Source of the DNA: Felis catus | Lineage: Eukaryota | NCBI RefSeq assembly: GCF_018350175.1 | Contig: NC_058373.1 | Location: forward strand, 112,346,001-112,410,000 | Reading direction: 5' to 3' | Length of the DNA stretch: 64,000 bases | In this document: positions 27,876 to 41,100 of the stretch, piece by piece | Numbering within the stretch: the stretch's first letter is position 1 | Layout of the letters: the number at the start of each line of letters is the position of its first letter | Notes under the pieces: model-generated | What the model was told of the DNA's origin: nothing | Databases searched by the model: none | The model's input: the letters and a program-made list of their open reading frames with translations, nothing else | Program-made: the position numbers and the translations under genes

Positions 27876-29063
27876 GAAGTGAACAAACCAAAAATCATGT
27901 CATGCCAGTTGCATAAAATGTTGGATTATAATAAAAATTCAGTGAATTCAAATTAAAATGGATAATGTAGAATTTTTGAACTGTGTTCTATTTTTAAGAA
28001 TGGATGAGAGAACAAAGGTCTTATTAAATTAACAAAAAAAACTTAAGTCACATTTGCAAACAAAATCACTTTATTTTTCATACATAGTAGTGTTGCTAGT
28101 TCATTTTTTAAGCTCATCTGCTATGGACGCTAACTACTTTAGTCCTCAAATTTACATCTTTTTTTTTTTTTTTTTTCCTATGGACTAGAAAAGGCCTTAC
28201 ATTTTCTAAGTTTTGAACTAAATTTTTAGTTCAAGTGTTACTTGTGTTTTGTGTTTTTATTGCTACTCTTCTTACAGTCTTGAACATATACTTGTAGTGA
28301 ATTCAGGAATGAAGGTGGGGAGTGGGGAGGAAGCCAGTAGAGTCAACAAATGTTTGAGATTCCAGGCTTGGGACAATTCTTTCGTGATAAAATTTAGAAA
28401 ATTCTCACTAAGGCAGATTTCAGACACAGCCACCTTCTTAAGAGGATCCTTTGCTTTATTTTTATTACCCTTTAACCTGGAGAATCTTAAACATGTAGTA
28501 GAATTCTGACTGGAAATCTTTGCTAGCCTAAGATTTCTCCTTCTACTTCTTATGGAGCATTTTTGAGCATCTTATTTCTCTGAATGTATATGACCCTTCC
28601 CTTCTTCCTTCCTTCCAATCTAATGTCCTTCTGACCTTAAATAAAACGTCACCAGGTTTCACTTTCCTTAAGCAATTCATTTGACTTCTACCTTCATAGA
28701 GTTCTTAGGATGAGAACTAAGAAATCTCAGTGTCACTAAAAACAAGTCTGAATATTAGGCTAGTCATTTCATGTCTTAGGTCCTTAATGTTCATATCTTT
28801 AAATGAGTAAGTTGGACTAGTAGGTGATCTTATGAGTCTTTACAGCCCCAAGAATGTAACAATTCTAAGTAAATTGCCTGGTTCGATGACATGTTTTTTC
28901 AGTTTACTGTAACATGTGATGAAGTGCCTGTCTACTGTGTACCAGTTATAGGACTAGGTGCTCTAGAAAATTAAATATAAGATCATTTCTTATTGATAGA
29001 ATTTTAAGCTCTTGTGGGGATTATCAGAGAGAAATATAAATTATGAAACAACATGGTGTGGTG

Positions 29064-30157
29064 TAGTGTTTTTCAAAGTGTGTCACATTCAGATGCTTGG
29101 TATGATGTTAGAGATGTTACAGACAAACCATTAAGTAACATCAAATTTCTTATAAAAAGTTTTTCCCTTTTTAATTCTCTTTCAGTCCTTTTCACTATCT
29201 TAAACATAAGCCTTTAACACCTGGAACACTTAGTATTCTCCCTTTTCAACAAAGAGGGGCTGAGGCTCAGAACATTCTGTGGGCAACATTCTCTATTAGA
29301 GTTTAATGAAATATCTATTTACTGTCATCCTTTCTTTATGGCTAATCATACCTTTTTCTCAGTGTGGCAGTGACATAAAGGTTTTATTTGGAAGTTTTTG
29401 TTTAAAAAGTGAGTTGATTAAAAATGCTAACATTGGAAAAAGCTGGTATATTGTTTTAAGAATTGCCGAAATTAGTGATGTCCTCCTTCTTTTCCCTGGA
29501 CTGTTTTATTATAAGTCAAAAAAAATTAGAAATTTTAGGAGAGATGGGTCAAAGATACTGTTTAGTCTTTGTTATTGCAGTGTCTTAATATGTATATGCT
29601 CTACTTTCAGTCTCTTGTGTGAAAGTGGGACTCTTTACTTTTCCAAAGGGTGTTGGTTTCAGACATGATATTGTTCCTTCTGTGACTAGGGGCAGAGGAG
29701 TACAGAAGAATTGTATGTAATTTTTGCCGGGACACACATTGTGGGTCCTATGGTAAAATTTAGTTATACTTTTGTCCATAGTGAAATCTCACTAGTCTTG
29801 TGGAGATGGGGATAATCCCTTTAGTTCTTTCCTTTGCTTTATCTGGTAATCAATCAAATGGAGACTTGACTTCTCTCTCTCAAAAATCTTAGAATGAGAT
29901 TGGTCAAAACAGAACAGAATTTCTTAATACCAGAAGGAAGATTTGCATGTATTATTCATTTTTCCTTAGTGTAGATGTACAGGTACTATTTAGACCTTGA
30001 TTGGCAAATCTTGGCCATAATTGAATAATACCCTGGGTTACTTGAAAAAGGAACAATTGTATCATGGCACATTCTAAGGATTTCTAGGCTCCCTGTATTG
30101 ATTTACATGAGTATGCTCCATAATTATACACACATAACTGAAGTATGAGAAGCACTG
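29064..30157. mobile_element. hAT (Charlie-like) non-autonomous element
   Basis: Imperfect TIRs tagtgtttttcaaa / tatgagaagcactg; perfect 8-bp TSD gtgtggtg (29056-63 and 30158-65). Confidence 0.65.
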
Positions 30158-30344
30158 GTGTGGTGCAAAATGCATGGAATCTGTAGTTAGGATAAGTTGG
30201 ATTTTCTCTGGCTCTACTAGTAACTACTAAGTATCCTTACCCAAGATCCTTAAATTCTGTTTTATTGTCCTTATCATTAAAGCAGAAGGATATACTTGAT
30301 TTTGGATGGATTACAAATTTTGTAAAGTCCCTTCATCTTTAATT

Positions 30345-30559
30345 TTATTTATTTATTAAAATTTTTTTTAATGTTTATTTTTAAGAGAGAAAGAGCACAC
30401 AGGTGGGGGAGAGGCAGAGAGAGAGGGAGACACAGAATCTGAAGTAAGCTCCAGGCCCCAAGCTGTCAGCACAGAGCCCAGTGTGGGATTCGAACCCCTG
30501 TGATATCATGACCTGAGCTGAAGTCAGATGCTCAGCTGACTGAGCCACCCACGTGCCCC
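30345..30559 (-). mobile_element. Can-SINE
   Basis: SINEC core; TSD taattttat. Confidence 0.92.
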
Positions 30560-30594
30560 TCTAATTTTATAATAACCCAGTATATACCGTTTTA

Positions 30595-30750
30595 GTCCCT
30601 TGCTACTTAAAGTTTGGTTTGTGTACTAGTAACAGCATCATCTGAGAGTTTGTTAGGAATGTAGTCTCATACTTTAACCCTAGACCTACTGAATCAGATT
30701 TTTCCAGATTCCTGGGTGACTACATCAAAATGAAAGTTTGAGGCACTGCT
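30595..30750. mobile_element. MER5-like hAT MITE
   Basis: cagcatcatctgagagtttgttag, agacctactgaatcaga, aaagtttgag..cactg motifs. Confidence 0.75.
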
Positions 30751-31528
30751 TTAGACTGCTTCTTTATTTCATTTGTCACTTGAATGTCCAATTGCTTATC
30801 AGAACAAAGGGGAAAGTATATTAGAAGGCATAGGAATTGGTTTGAAAAAAGGGAATTGTGGTGATGCATGTCCCTCAAGATTAGCATAACTGAAGAACAA
30901 TTAAACCTAATAATGCTATTTCAAATTATGAATTATTTAAATGGTTAGAACTCATTTTTAGAAAAGGGGGATTTTAAAATCATTTATCTCTCTAAGTCGT
31001 TTAATATAGAAGAGAAAGATGATAGCTAGCATTTATTAAGAATATATACTAGTCTTTATTACATGGATATAGTCTGTTGGCAGCACTAAGGGATTGACAT
31101 TAGGGTATTTTAGCTTTTCCTGTTATTTCCACCACTAATTTCCACCCCCACCAAATCCCCCAAATAAACTTAGGTTGTGTATAGTATGTTTGCCATGGAA
31201 ATTTAAGATAAATCTCTTAGATATCTGTGCTTGTAGGCAGATTGCTATCCTGAAGCCCTTATATAGATATCACTGGTATTGTTAAACATATTTTCACAAT
31301 GGAAAAACAGGTTGTAGAGAGGTTTAGTAAATTGACTAAGGTCTCTCAATTAATAACTGGCTGAGCCATGATTGATATATCTTTGGATGACTGAGTTCAG
31401 TTCTCCTTCTGTTTATACCATACCATTTCTCTCTTGAAAAGAGAAAAGTTCAGATTTATTACAAAATAGCTAAAGACTGAACATTTCCTATAGAAAAGAA
31501 TTATGCTTCCTTTGAAAACCTTTAGAAG

Positions 31529-32027
31529 AGGATCCTGGGAAGATGGCAGCGTAGGAAAACGTTGGGCTCACCGCGCGTCCTGCTGATCACTTAGATTCTA
31601 CCTACACCTGCCTAAATAACACCGAAAACTGCCAGAAGACTGGCAGAACGGAGTCTCCAGAGCCAAGCGCAGACGAGAGGCCCACAGAAGAGGGTCCCCT
31701 CCCGAAGCAGATCTCCGAAGGAAAAGCGAGCTGAGCTTGTCCCTCCTGCCCCGGTGCACCTTGCCGATCCACCCCAGCTAATACGCCAGATCCCCAGCAC
31801 CACAAGCCTGGCAGTGTGCAAGTAGCCCAGATGGGCCACGACACCCCACAGTGAATCCCGCCTCTAGGAGAGGGGAAGAGAAGGCGCACACCAGTCTGAC
31901 TGTGGCCCCAGCGGTGGGCTGGGGGCAGATATCAGGTCTGACTGCGGCCCCGCCCACCAACGCAAGTATTCAAGACAGCACAGGGGAAGTTCCCCACAGT
32001 CCCGCACCACTCCAGGGACTATCCAAA
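31529..32027 (+). promoter_or_regulatory. L1 5'UTR internal promoter with YY1-like site (aagatggc near 31540)
   Basis: Longest GC/CpG-rich segment of the window; AAGATGGC near +12 as in mammalian L1s. Confidence 0.7.
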
Positions 32028-32913
32028 ATGACGAAACGGAAGAATTCCTCTCAGAAGAATGTCCAGGAAATAACAACAGCTAATGAACTGATCAAGAATG
32101 ATTTAAACAATATAACAGAAAGTGAACTTAGAATAATACTCATAAAATTAATCGCTGGGCTTGAAAACAGTATAAAGGACAGCAGAGAATCTCTTGCTAC
32201 AGAGATCAAGGGACTCAGGAACAGCCAGGTAGAGGTAAAAAATGCTATCAATGAGTTGCAAAATAAAATGCAGACAACTACGGGGCTCGGATTGAAGAGG
32301 CAGAGGAGAGAATAGGTGAAGTAGAAGATAAAATTATAGAAAAAGAAGAAGCTGAGAAAAAAGATAAAAAATCCAGGAGTATGAGGGGAAAATTAGAGAA
32401 CTAAGTGATGCACTAAAGAGAAATAATGTACGCATAATTGGTATTCCAGAGGAGGAAGAGAGAGGGAAAGGTGCTGAAGGTGTACTTGAAGAAATAATAG
32501 CTGAGAACTTCCCGGATCTGGGGAAGGAAAAAGGCATTGAAATCCAAGAGGCACAGAGAACTCCCTTCAGACGTAACTTGAATCGATCTTCTGCGACATA
32601 TCATAGTGAAACTGGCAAAGTACAAGCGTAAAGAGAAAATTCTGAAAGCAGCTAGAGATACACGTGCTCTAACATATAAGGGGAGACCTATAAGACTCAT
32701 GACCTATCTCTCTACTGACACTTGGCAGGCCAGAAAGGAATGGCAGGAGATCTTCAATGTGATGAACAGAAAAAATATGCAGCCGAGAATCCTTTATCCA
32801 GCAAGTCTGTCATTTAGAATAGAAGGAGAGATAAAGGTCTTCCCAAACAAAAACTGAAGGAATTTGTCACCATTAAGCCAGCCCTACAAGAGATCCTAAG
32901 GGAGATCCTGTGA
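32028..32913 (+). pseudogene. L1 ORF1p, frameshifted
   Basis: MTKRKNSSQK coiled-coil start; RRM/CTD peptides KEKILKAAR, PRILYPASLSF lie in different frames. Confidence 0.92.
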
Positions 32914-32963
32914 GACAAAGTACCAGAGACATGGCTAAAAGCATGAAACCTACGGACATCACA

Positions 32964-35900
32964 ATGACTCTAAACCCATATCTTTCTATAATAACACTGA
33001 ATGTAAATGGACTAAATGCGCCAACCAAAAGACATAGGGCATCAGAATGGATAAAAAAACAAGACCCATCTATTTGCTGTCTACAGGAGACTCATTTTAG
33101 ACCTGAGGACACCTTTAGATTGAGAGTGAGGGGATGGAGAACTATTTATCATGCCACTAGAAGTCAAAAGAAAGCTGGAGTAGCCATACTTGTATCAGAC
33201 AAACTAGACTTTAAATTAAAGGCTGTAACAAGAGATGAAGAAGGGTATTATATAATAATCACAGGGTCTATCCATCAGAAAGAGCTAACAATTATAAATG
33301 TCTATGCGCCGAATATAGGAGCCCCCAAATATATAAAACAATTGCTCACAAACATAAGCAACCTTATTGATAAGAATGTGGTAATTGCAGGAGACTTTAA
33401 CACTCCACTTACAGAAATGGATAGATCATCTAGACACACAGTCAATAAAGAAACAAGGGCCCTGAATGATACATTGGATCAGATGGACTTGACAGATATA
33501 TTTAGAACTCTGCATCCCAAAGCAACAGAATATACTTTCTTCTCGAGTGCACATGGAACATTCTCCAGGATAGATCACATACTGGGTCACAAAACAGCCC
33601 TTCATAAGTATACAAGAATTGAAATCATACCATGCATACTTTCAGACCACAGTGCTATGAAGCTTGAAATCAACCACAGGAAAAAGTCTGGAAAACCTCC
33701 AAAAGCATGGAGGCTAAAGAACACCCTACTAAAGAATGAATGGGTCAACCAGGCAATTAGAGAAGAAAGTAAAAAATATATGGAAACAAATGAAAATGAA
33801 AATACAACAATCCAAACGCTTTGGGATGCAGCGAAGGCAGTCCTGAGAGGAAAATACATTGCAATGCAGGCCTATCTCAAGAAACAAGAAAAATCCCAAA
33901 CACAAAATCTAACAGCACACCTAAAGGAAATAGAAGCAGAACAGCAAAGACAGCCTAAATCCAGCAGAAGAAGAGAAATAATAAAGATCAGAGCAGAAAT
34001 AAACAATATAGAATCTAAAAAAAATGTAGAGCAGATCAACGAAACCAAGAGTTGGTTTTTTGAAAAAATAAACAAAATTGATAAACCTCTAGCCAGGCTT
34101 CTCAAAAAGAAAAGGGAGATGACCCAAATAGATAAAATCATGATTGAAAATGGAATTATTACAACCAATCCCTCAGAGATACAAACAATTATCAGGGAAT
34201 ACTATGAAAAATTATATGCCGACAACCTGGAAGAAATGGACAAATTCCTAAACACCCACATGCTTCCAAAACTCAATCAGGAGGAAATAGAAAGCTTGAA
34301 CAGACCCATAACCAGCGAAGAAATTGAATCAGTCATCAAAAATCTCCCAACAAATAAGAGTCCAGGACCAGATGGCTTCCCAGGGGAGTTCTACCAGATG
34401 TTTAAAGCAGAGATAATACCTATCCTTCTCAAGCTATTCCAAAAAATAGAAAGGGAAGGAAAACTTCCAGACTCATTCTATGAAGCCAGTATTACTTTGA
34501 TTCCTAAACCAGACAAAGACCCATTAAAAAAAGAGAACTACAGGCCAATATCCCTGATGAGTATGGATGCAAAACTTCTCAATAAGATACTAGCAAATCG
34601 AATTCAACAGCATATAAAATGAATTATTCACCATGATCAAGTGGGATTCATTCCTGGGATGCAGGGCTGGTTCAACATTCGCAAATCAATCTATGTGATA
34701 CATCACATTAATAAAAGGAAAGATAAGAACCATATGATCCTGTCAATCGATGCAGAAAAGGCCTTTGACAAAATTCAGCAACATTTCTTAATAAAAATCC
34801 TCGAGAGGTTGGGGTAGAAGGAACATACTTAAACATCATAAAAGCCATTTATGAAAAGCCCACAGCTAACATCATCCTCAATGGGGAAAAACTGAGAGCT
34901 TTTTCCCTGAGATCAGGAACATGACAGGGATGTCCACTCTCACTGCTGTTGTTTAACATAGTGTTGGAAGTGCTAGCATCAGCAATCAGACAACAAAAGG
35001 AAATCAAAGGCATCCAAATTGGCAAAGATGAAGTTAAGCTTTCACTTTTTGCAGATGACATGATATTATACATGGAAAATCCGATAGACTCCACCAGAAG
35101 TCTGCTAGAACTGATACATGAATTTAGCAAAGTTGCAGGATACAAAATCAATGTACAGAAATCAGTTGCATTCTTATACACTAACAATGAAGCAACAGAA
35201 AGACAAATAAAGAAACTGATCCCATTCACAACTGCACCAAGAAGCATAAAATACCTAGGAATAAATCTAACCAAAGATGTAAAGGATCTGTATGCTGAAA
35301 ACTATAGAAACCTTATGGAGGAAATTGAAGAAGATATAAAGAAATGGTAAAATATTCCGTGCTCATGGATTGGAAGAATAAATATTGTCAAAATATCAAT
35401 ACTACCCAAAGCTATCTACACATTCAATGCAATCCCAATCAAAATTGAACCATCATTCTTCTCAAAACTAGAACAAGCAATCCTAAAATTCATATGGAAC
35501 CACAAAAGGCCCCGAATAGCCAAAGGAATTTTGAAGAAGAAGACCAAAGCAGGAAGCATCACAATCCCAGACTTTAGCCTCTACTACAAAGCTGTCATCA
35601 TCAAGACAGCATGGTATTGGCACAAAAACAGATACATAGACCAATGGAATAGAATTGAAACCCCAGAACTAGACCCACAAGCGTATGGCCAACTAATCTT
35701 TGACAAAGCAGGAAAGAACATCCAATGGAAAAAAGACAGTCTCTTTAACAAATGGTGTTGGGAGAACTGGACAGCAACATACAGAAGATTGAAACTAGAC
35801 CACTTTCTCACACCATTCACAAAAATAAACTCAAAATGGATAAAGGACCTGAATGTGAGACAGGAAACCATCAAAACCCCAGTGGAGAAAGCAGGAAAAG

Positions 35901-36783
35901 ACCTCTCTGACCTCAGCCATAGCAATTTCTTACTTGACACATCCCCAAGGGCAAGGGAATTAAAAGCAAAAATGAACTACTGGGACCTTACGAAGATAAA
36001 AAGCTTCTGCACAGCAAAGGAAACAACCAACAAAACTAAAAGGCAACCAACGGAATTGATTGGGAAAAAATATTTGCAAATGGCATATCAGACAAAGGGC
36101 TAGTATCCAAAATCTATAAAGAGCTCACCAAACTTGACACCCAAAAAACAAATAACCCAGTGAAGAAATGGGCAGAAAACATGAATAGACACTTCTCTAA
36201 AGAAGACATCCGGATGGCCAACAGGCACATGAAAAGATGCTCAACGTCACTCCTCATCAGGGAAATACAAATCAAAACCACACTCAGATATCACCTCACG
36301 CCAGTCAGAGTGGCCAAAATGAACAAATCAGGAGACTATAGATGCTGGCGAGGATGTGGAGAAACCGGAACCCTCTTGCACTGTTGGTGGGAATGCAAAC
36401 TGGTGCAGCCACTCTGGAAAACAGTGTGGAGGTTCCTCAGAAAATTAAAAATAGACCTACCCTATGACCCAGCAATAGCACTGCTAGGAATTTATCCAAG
36501 GGATACAGGAGTGCTGATGCATAGGGGCACTTGTACCCCAATGTTTATAGCAGCACTCTTAACAATAGCCAAATTATGGAAAGAGCTGAAATGTCCAGTA
36601 AGTGATGAATGGATAAAGAAATTGTGGTTTATGTACACAATGGAGTACTACATGGCAATGAGAAAGATTGAAATATGGCCCTTTGTAGCAACATAGATGG
36701 AACTGGAGAGTGTGATGCTAAGTGAAATAAGCCATACAGAGAAAGACAGATACCATATGGTTTCACTCTTATGTGGATCTTGA
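32964..36783 (+). pseudogene. L1 ORF2p (endonuclease, reverse transcriptase, C-domain), disrupted
   Basis: [25 protein letters not shown] (EN); LFADDM (RT); [18 protein letters not shown] (Zn knuckle); stops at 34620, 35348 and 36694 plus frameshifts. Confidence 0.97.
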
Positions 36784-38039
36784 GAAACTTAACAGAAACC
36801 CATGGGGGAGGGGAAGGAAAAAAAAAGAGGTTAGAGTGGAAGAGAGTCAAAGCATAAGAGACTCTTAAAAACTGAGAACAAACTGAGGGTTGATGGGGGA
36901 TGGGACGGAGGACAGGTTGGGTGATGGGTATTGAGGAGGGCACCTTTTGGGATGAGCACTGGGTGTTGTATGGAAACCAATTTGACAATAAACTTCATAT
37001 ATTGAAAAAATAAAAATAAACAAAAACAAAAAAAAATAAAAACCTTTAGAAGGATTTCATAATCTTTTGTAAAACACGGATGACTTGCAAAATTTTAATT
37101 TTTTTGTAACTTTTAGAGACACAGGTAATGGGATAAGTAAAGTATACTTGTTTTATGGGTCAGAGTTCAGTCAAGGAAACAGCCACTATGATTGTTATGA
37201 AATCATGAATTTATTATGGCTGTATAAAACCTTATACAGTTATGGGAGCAACTGGAAAGTAAGAATCCTAAAGGAAGAGTTGGAAGTATAGAGAAAAGGC
37301 ACCAGTCACTTCTGCAGAGACACTATTGTGGGGTGGAGCTTAGAAGGAATATGGGAAACCAGGCATTTGAAATCTTTGTAGGCGGTTCACGAAGAATTAA
37401 CTAGTGGATAAGTCTGTAGAAGGCTGTTACCTCTGTTCACCACATCTAACCATGATGATCTTCAGATGGCTGCTGCTTGATTTCCCCCTTTCATGTCTCA
37501 TGCACATTACTCTGGATTACCTTGGAACTAATCAGAGAAGGGGATTCTGGGGAAACATAGTTCTGGCTTATCCAAGTGGATATTATAAAACCACCACAAT
37601 ATGACTTATGACTTAAGACTAAAAAAGATGCTAAACAATTGGTTGATGTATATATTTACTATTTGTAAGGAATATATTGACACAAAAAGAATACACATAT
37701 TCTTTTCATTAATCATTCAGTGTGGGATTTTGGGTGAAATATCAGGACTTTGGGGACTTTGGATTCCAATCATATTTTGTACTTTTGACCAAGTTGCTTA
37801 ATTGTAGTCATGTTCTCTTCTGTAAAAACGAAGAGCCAGCTTTATTTGGTAAATATTAGGAAAATGGAAATTCCTATACTTTTCCTCAACATTTTATTAT
37901 GAAAATATTCTGACATAGCAAAGGTGAAATAATTATACTTTGAATATCCACTTAGGAACCACCTAGATTCTGCTGTTAATATTTAACCAACTGAGTAACC
38001 CAGGCATCCCTACTGGTGTTAATATTTTATTATTTATTC

Positions 38040-38101
38040 ATTCGCTCATTTTTATTTTTTTAATGTTTATTTCGAGAGCCAGAGCGTGCAAGCCAGGGAG
38101 G

Positions 38102-38172
<71 letters not shown>

Positions 38173-38315
38173 AGAGAATGAGAATCCAGGCAGGCTCCAT
38201 GCTCAAACTCATGAACCATGAGGCCAGCTCGGACTTGAATTTAGGAACCATGAGATCATAACCTGAGCTGAAATCAAGAGTCAGATGTTTAACCAACTGA
38301 GTCACCGAGGCACCC
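38040..38315 (-). mobile_element. Can-SINE with expanded (GA)n microsatellite
   Basis: SINEC core; about 30 GA units at 38105-38165. Confidence 0.92.
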
Positions 38316-38321
38316 CGCCCC

Positions 38322-38480
38322 CCTTTATTTATTTTTGGAGCAGGGGAGAGGGGCAGAGAGAGAGAGAGAGAAGACTATTAAGCAGGGTCCACACTCTGTG
38401 GAGCCTGATGCAGGGTTTGGTCCCATGACCCTGGGATCATTACCTGAGTCGAAATCAAGAGTGGTAAGCTCAGGTACCCC
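38322..38480 (-). mobile_element. Can-SINE, degraded
   Basis: SINEC core motifs. Confidence 0.8.
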
Positions 38481-38751
38481 AATATTTTATTATTCATGCT
38501 TCATCATACATATCTTAACCACCTGTCTATCCTACATTCCATCTATTAATGCATTTTATTTTTGGTGCAAAGTAAATTTCAGACATTGGTATAGTTCTCC
38601 CTAAATACTTCAGCATGCATATTATTAATTAGTATTCAGTATTGATTTACACTTTTTTATTTTGATTGAAAATTTGCATATAGTGAAATAAAAAGTCTCC
38701 TTTTCTGAGTTTTGAAAAGTGCATGTAACTGTTGTAATCAAAATCCATATT

Positions 38752-39112
38752 TCTATAGACTGAATATTTGCATTCCCCTAAAACTCATATGTTGAGACTT
38801 AATCCTTAATGTGATGGTATTTGGAAGTGGGGTCTTTGGGAGGTGATAAGGTCATGAGGGTGGAGCCCTCATGAATGAAATTAAGTGCCATAACAAAAGA
38901 GATTCCAGAAAGCTGCCTTGTGCCTTCCACCATGTGGGGACACAGTAAAAAAATGGCAGTCTGTGAGCTAGGAAGTGGGTTTTGCCAGATGCCAAATCTA
39001 CTAGTGCTTTGGTCTTGGACTTCTCAGCCTCTAGAATTGTGGGAAATACATTTCTGGTGTTTATAAGCCACCCAGTCTGTAGTATTTTTGTTATAGCAGC
39101 TCAGCCTAAGAC
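38752..39112 (+). mobile_element. MaLR LTR (MLT1A-like)
   Basis: ctatagactgaat...catatgttga...ggtcatgagggtggagccctcatgaat...ttatagcagc..ctaagaca. Confidence 0.88.
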
Positions 39113-39129
39113 ATATCATGCCCTTTTTA

Positions 39130-39712
39130 ACATGCCAAATAGTCCATCATGCTCCTTCCCCGTCAGCACTAACTGCTACCCTCAAGAGGCAACCACTATT
39201 ATTTCTACTGTAGATTAGCTTTGTCTGTGCTTGAATTTCATTCATGTGGAATAATGCAGAATAGTTTCATGTGAAGCTTCTCTCAGCTTAATGATTTTGA
39301 AATTCATTCATGTTTTTGTATATGTCACTAATTTTTGTTCTTTTTATTACTGAATAATATCCAATTGCATGTGATATTGGTTTTTCTGTTTCATTAATGG
39401 ACACCTGCTATGTTTCCAGATTCTAGCTTTATGAACATTCTTGTACAGTTCTTTCTGTGAAGGTATGTTTTTATTTCTTTTGTGTAGTTAGGAATGGAAT
39501 TCCTGGAACAAAATGATTGTACCATCCCACCAATGATGTATAAAAGTTCCTGTTGTTCCATAATCTTGCCAACAGTTTTTGTAATTTTCACCATTCTAGT
39601 GGGTGTGTAGTAGTAATTCATTGTAGTTTTAACTTGCATTTTTCTTATGATTAATGAAATTGAATACTTTTTCATGTGTTTACTAGTCATTTATCTTTTA
39701 TAAAATGCCTGC
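39130..39712 (-). mobile_element. Old L1 3' region
   Basis: Antisense peptide [30 protein letters not shown]. Confidence 0.8.
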
Positions 39713-39719
39713 TTAATAA

Positions 39720-41100
39720 TTTTCAAAAAATAGCTAACTGGATTCAGCAACACATTAAAAGGATTGTGTACTATGACCAAGTAAGATTTATCCCTAGAAT
39801 GCAAAGATGGTTTAACATATGCAAATCAATAAAGGTGGGAGACCACATTAATAGAGTGAAAGGTAAAAATCATATGATCATCTCAATAGATGCAGAAAAA
39901 GCACTTGACAGGGTTCAACATCTTTTCTTTGTTAAAAACCCTCAATAAATTGGGTAAAGAAGGAACATACTTTAACATAGTAAAGACTGTATATGGCAGA
40001 CCTGCAACTAATATCATACCCAACCATGAAAGATGGAAAGCTTGATGGAAAGCTTTTCCCCTAAGATCAGGAATAAGGCATGGGTACCCACTGTTACCAC
40101 TCTTATTTAAGGTAGTACTGTGTGTTAGAACACTTATGTAAGACAAAGAAATATGCAATTCAGAAAGGGAGAAGTAAAATAGTTATTTGCAGACAATATG
40201 ATCTTATATATAGAAAAATCCTAAAGACTTAAATAAAAACCTGTTGAAATAACAAATTCAGTAAATTTTCAAGATATAAATTCAACATAAATAAATCAGT
40301 GCCATTTCTATGCACAGACAACAAGACATCTGAAAAAGAAATAAAGACTATTCCATTCACAATAGCATCAAAAACAATAAAATACTTAGGTGTAAATTTA
40401 ACCAAGGAAGTAAAAGTATGTACAATGAAAACTGTAAGAGTTTGATGAAAGAAATGGAAAGATATCCTATGTTCATAGATTGGAATAATAGTTAAAATGT
40501 CCATACTACCCAAACCCACCTATAAATTCAATGTATTCCCTATTGAAATTCCAGTGGAATTTTTCACAGAAATAGAAAAAAATCCTAAAATACATATGAA
40601 ACCACACAAGACCCCAGATGGCCAAAGCAATCCTGAGAAAGAAGAGAAAGCTAAAGATACCACATTTCCTGATTTCAACTGTACTACAAAGCTATAATAG
40701 TAAAACAGTGTCATACTGACATAAAAATAGATATATAGACCAATGGGACAGAATAGGGAGCCCCAAACTAACTCCCTGCATATATGGTCCACTGATATTT
40801 CACAGGGGAGCCAAGAACACTCAGTGGGAAAGGATAGTCTCTTCAATAAATGATGCTGGGAAAACTAGATAACCACATGCAGAAAAATGAAATTGGACCC
40901 ATGTCTTAACACCACTCACTAAAATTAACTTGAAATGCATTAAAAACCTAAACATAAGACCTGATTCTGTAAAACTCCTAGAAGAAAGCATATAGAAGAA
41001 GCTCATATTATAATACATGGATGTATCAAATCAACATGTTGTACACCTTAAACTTACACAGTGTTATGTGTCAATTATATCTCAGTAAAAATAAAAAAAA
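39720..41100 (+). mobile_element. 5'-truncated, internally deleted L1 inserted in older antisense L1
   Basis: ORF2 peptide [22 protein letters not shown]; jumps to 3' terminus near 41005; A tail. Confidence 0.88.

Larger units (their letters stand above)
31529..37038 (+). mobile_element. Feline-type L1 with both ends (5.5 kb), inactivated
   Basis: 14-bp TSD aaaacctttagaag (31515-28 and 37039-52); 5' aagatggc, CpG-rich 5'UTR, ORF1, ORF2, G-rich 3'UTR, A tail. Confidence 0.98.

Noticed and set aside
29306..29668. 120-aa ORF with signal-peptide-like N terminus
   Set aside because: Lies inside a putative hAT element; hydrophobicity is explained by T-rich DNA; no recognisable domain
37111..37130. 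Possible 8-nt microexon (ttttag|agacacag|gtaatg)
   Set aside because: Such motifs occur by chance in T-rich introns; no supporting evidence
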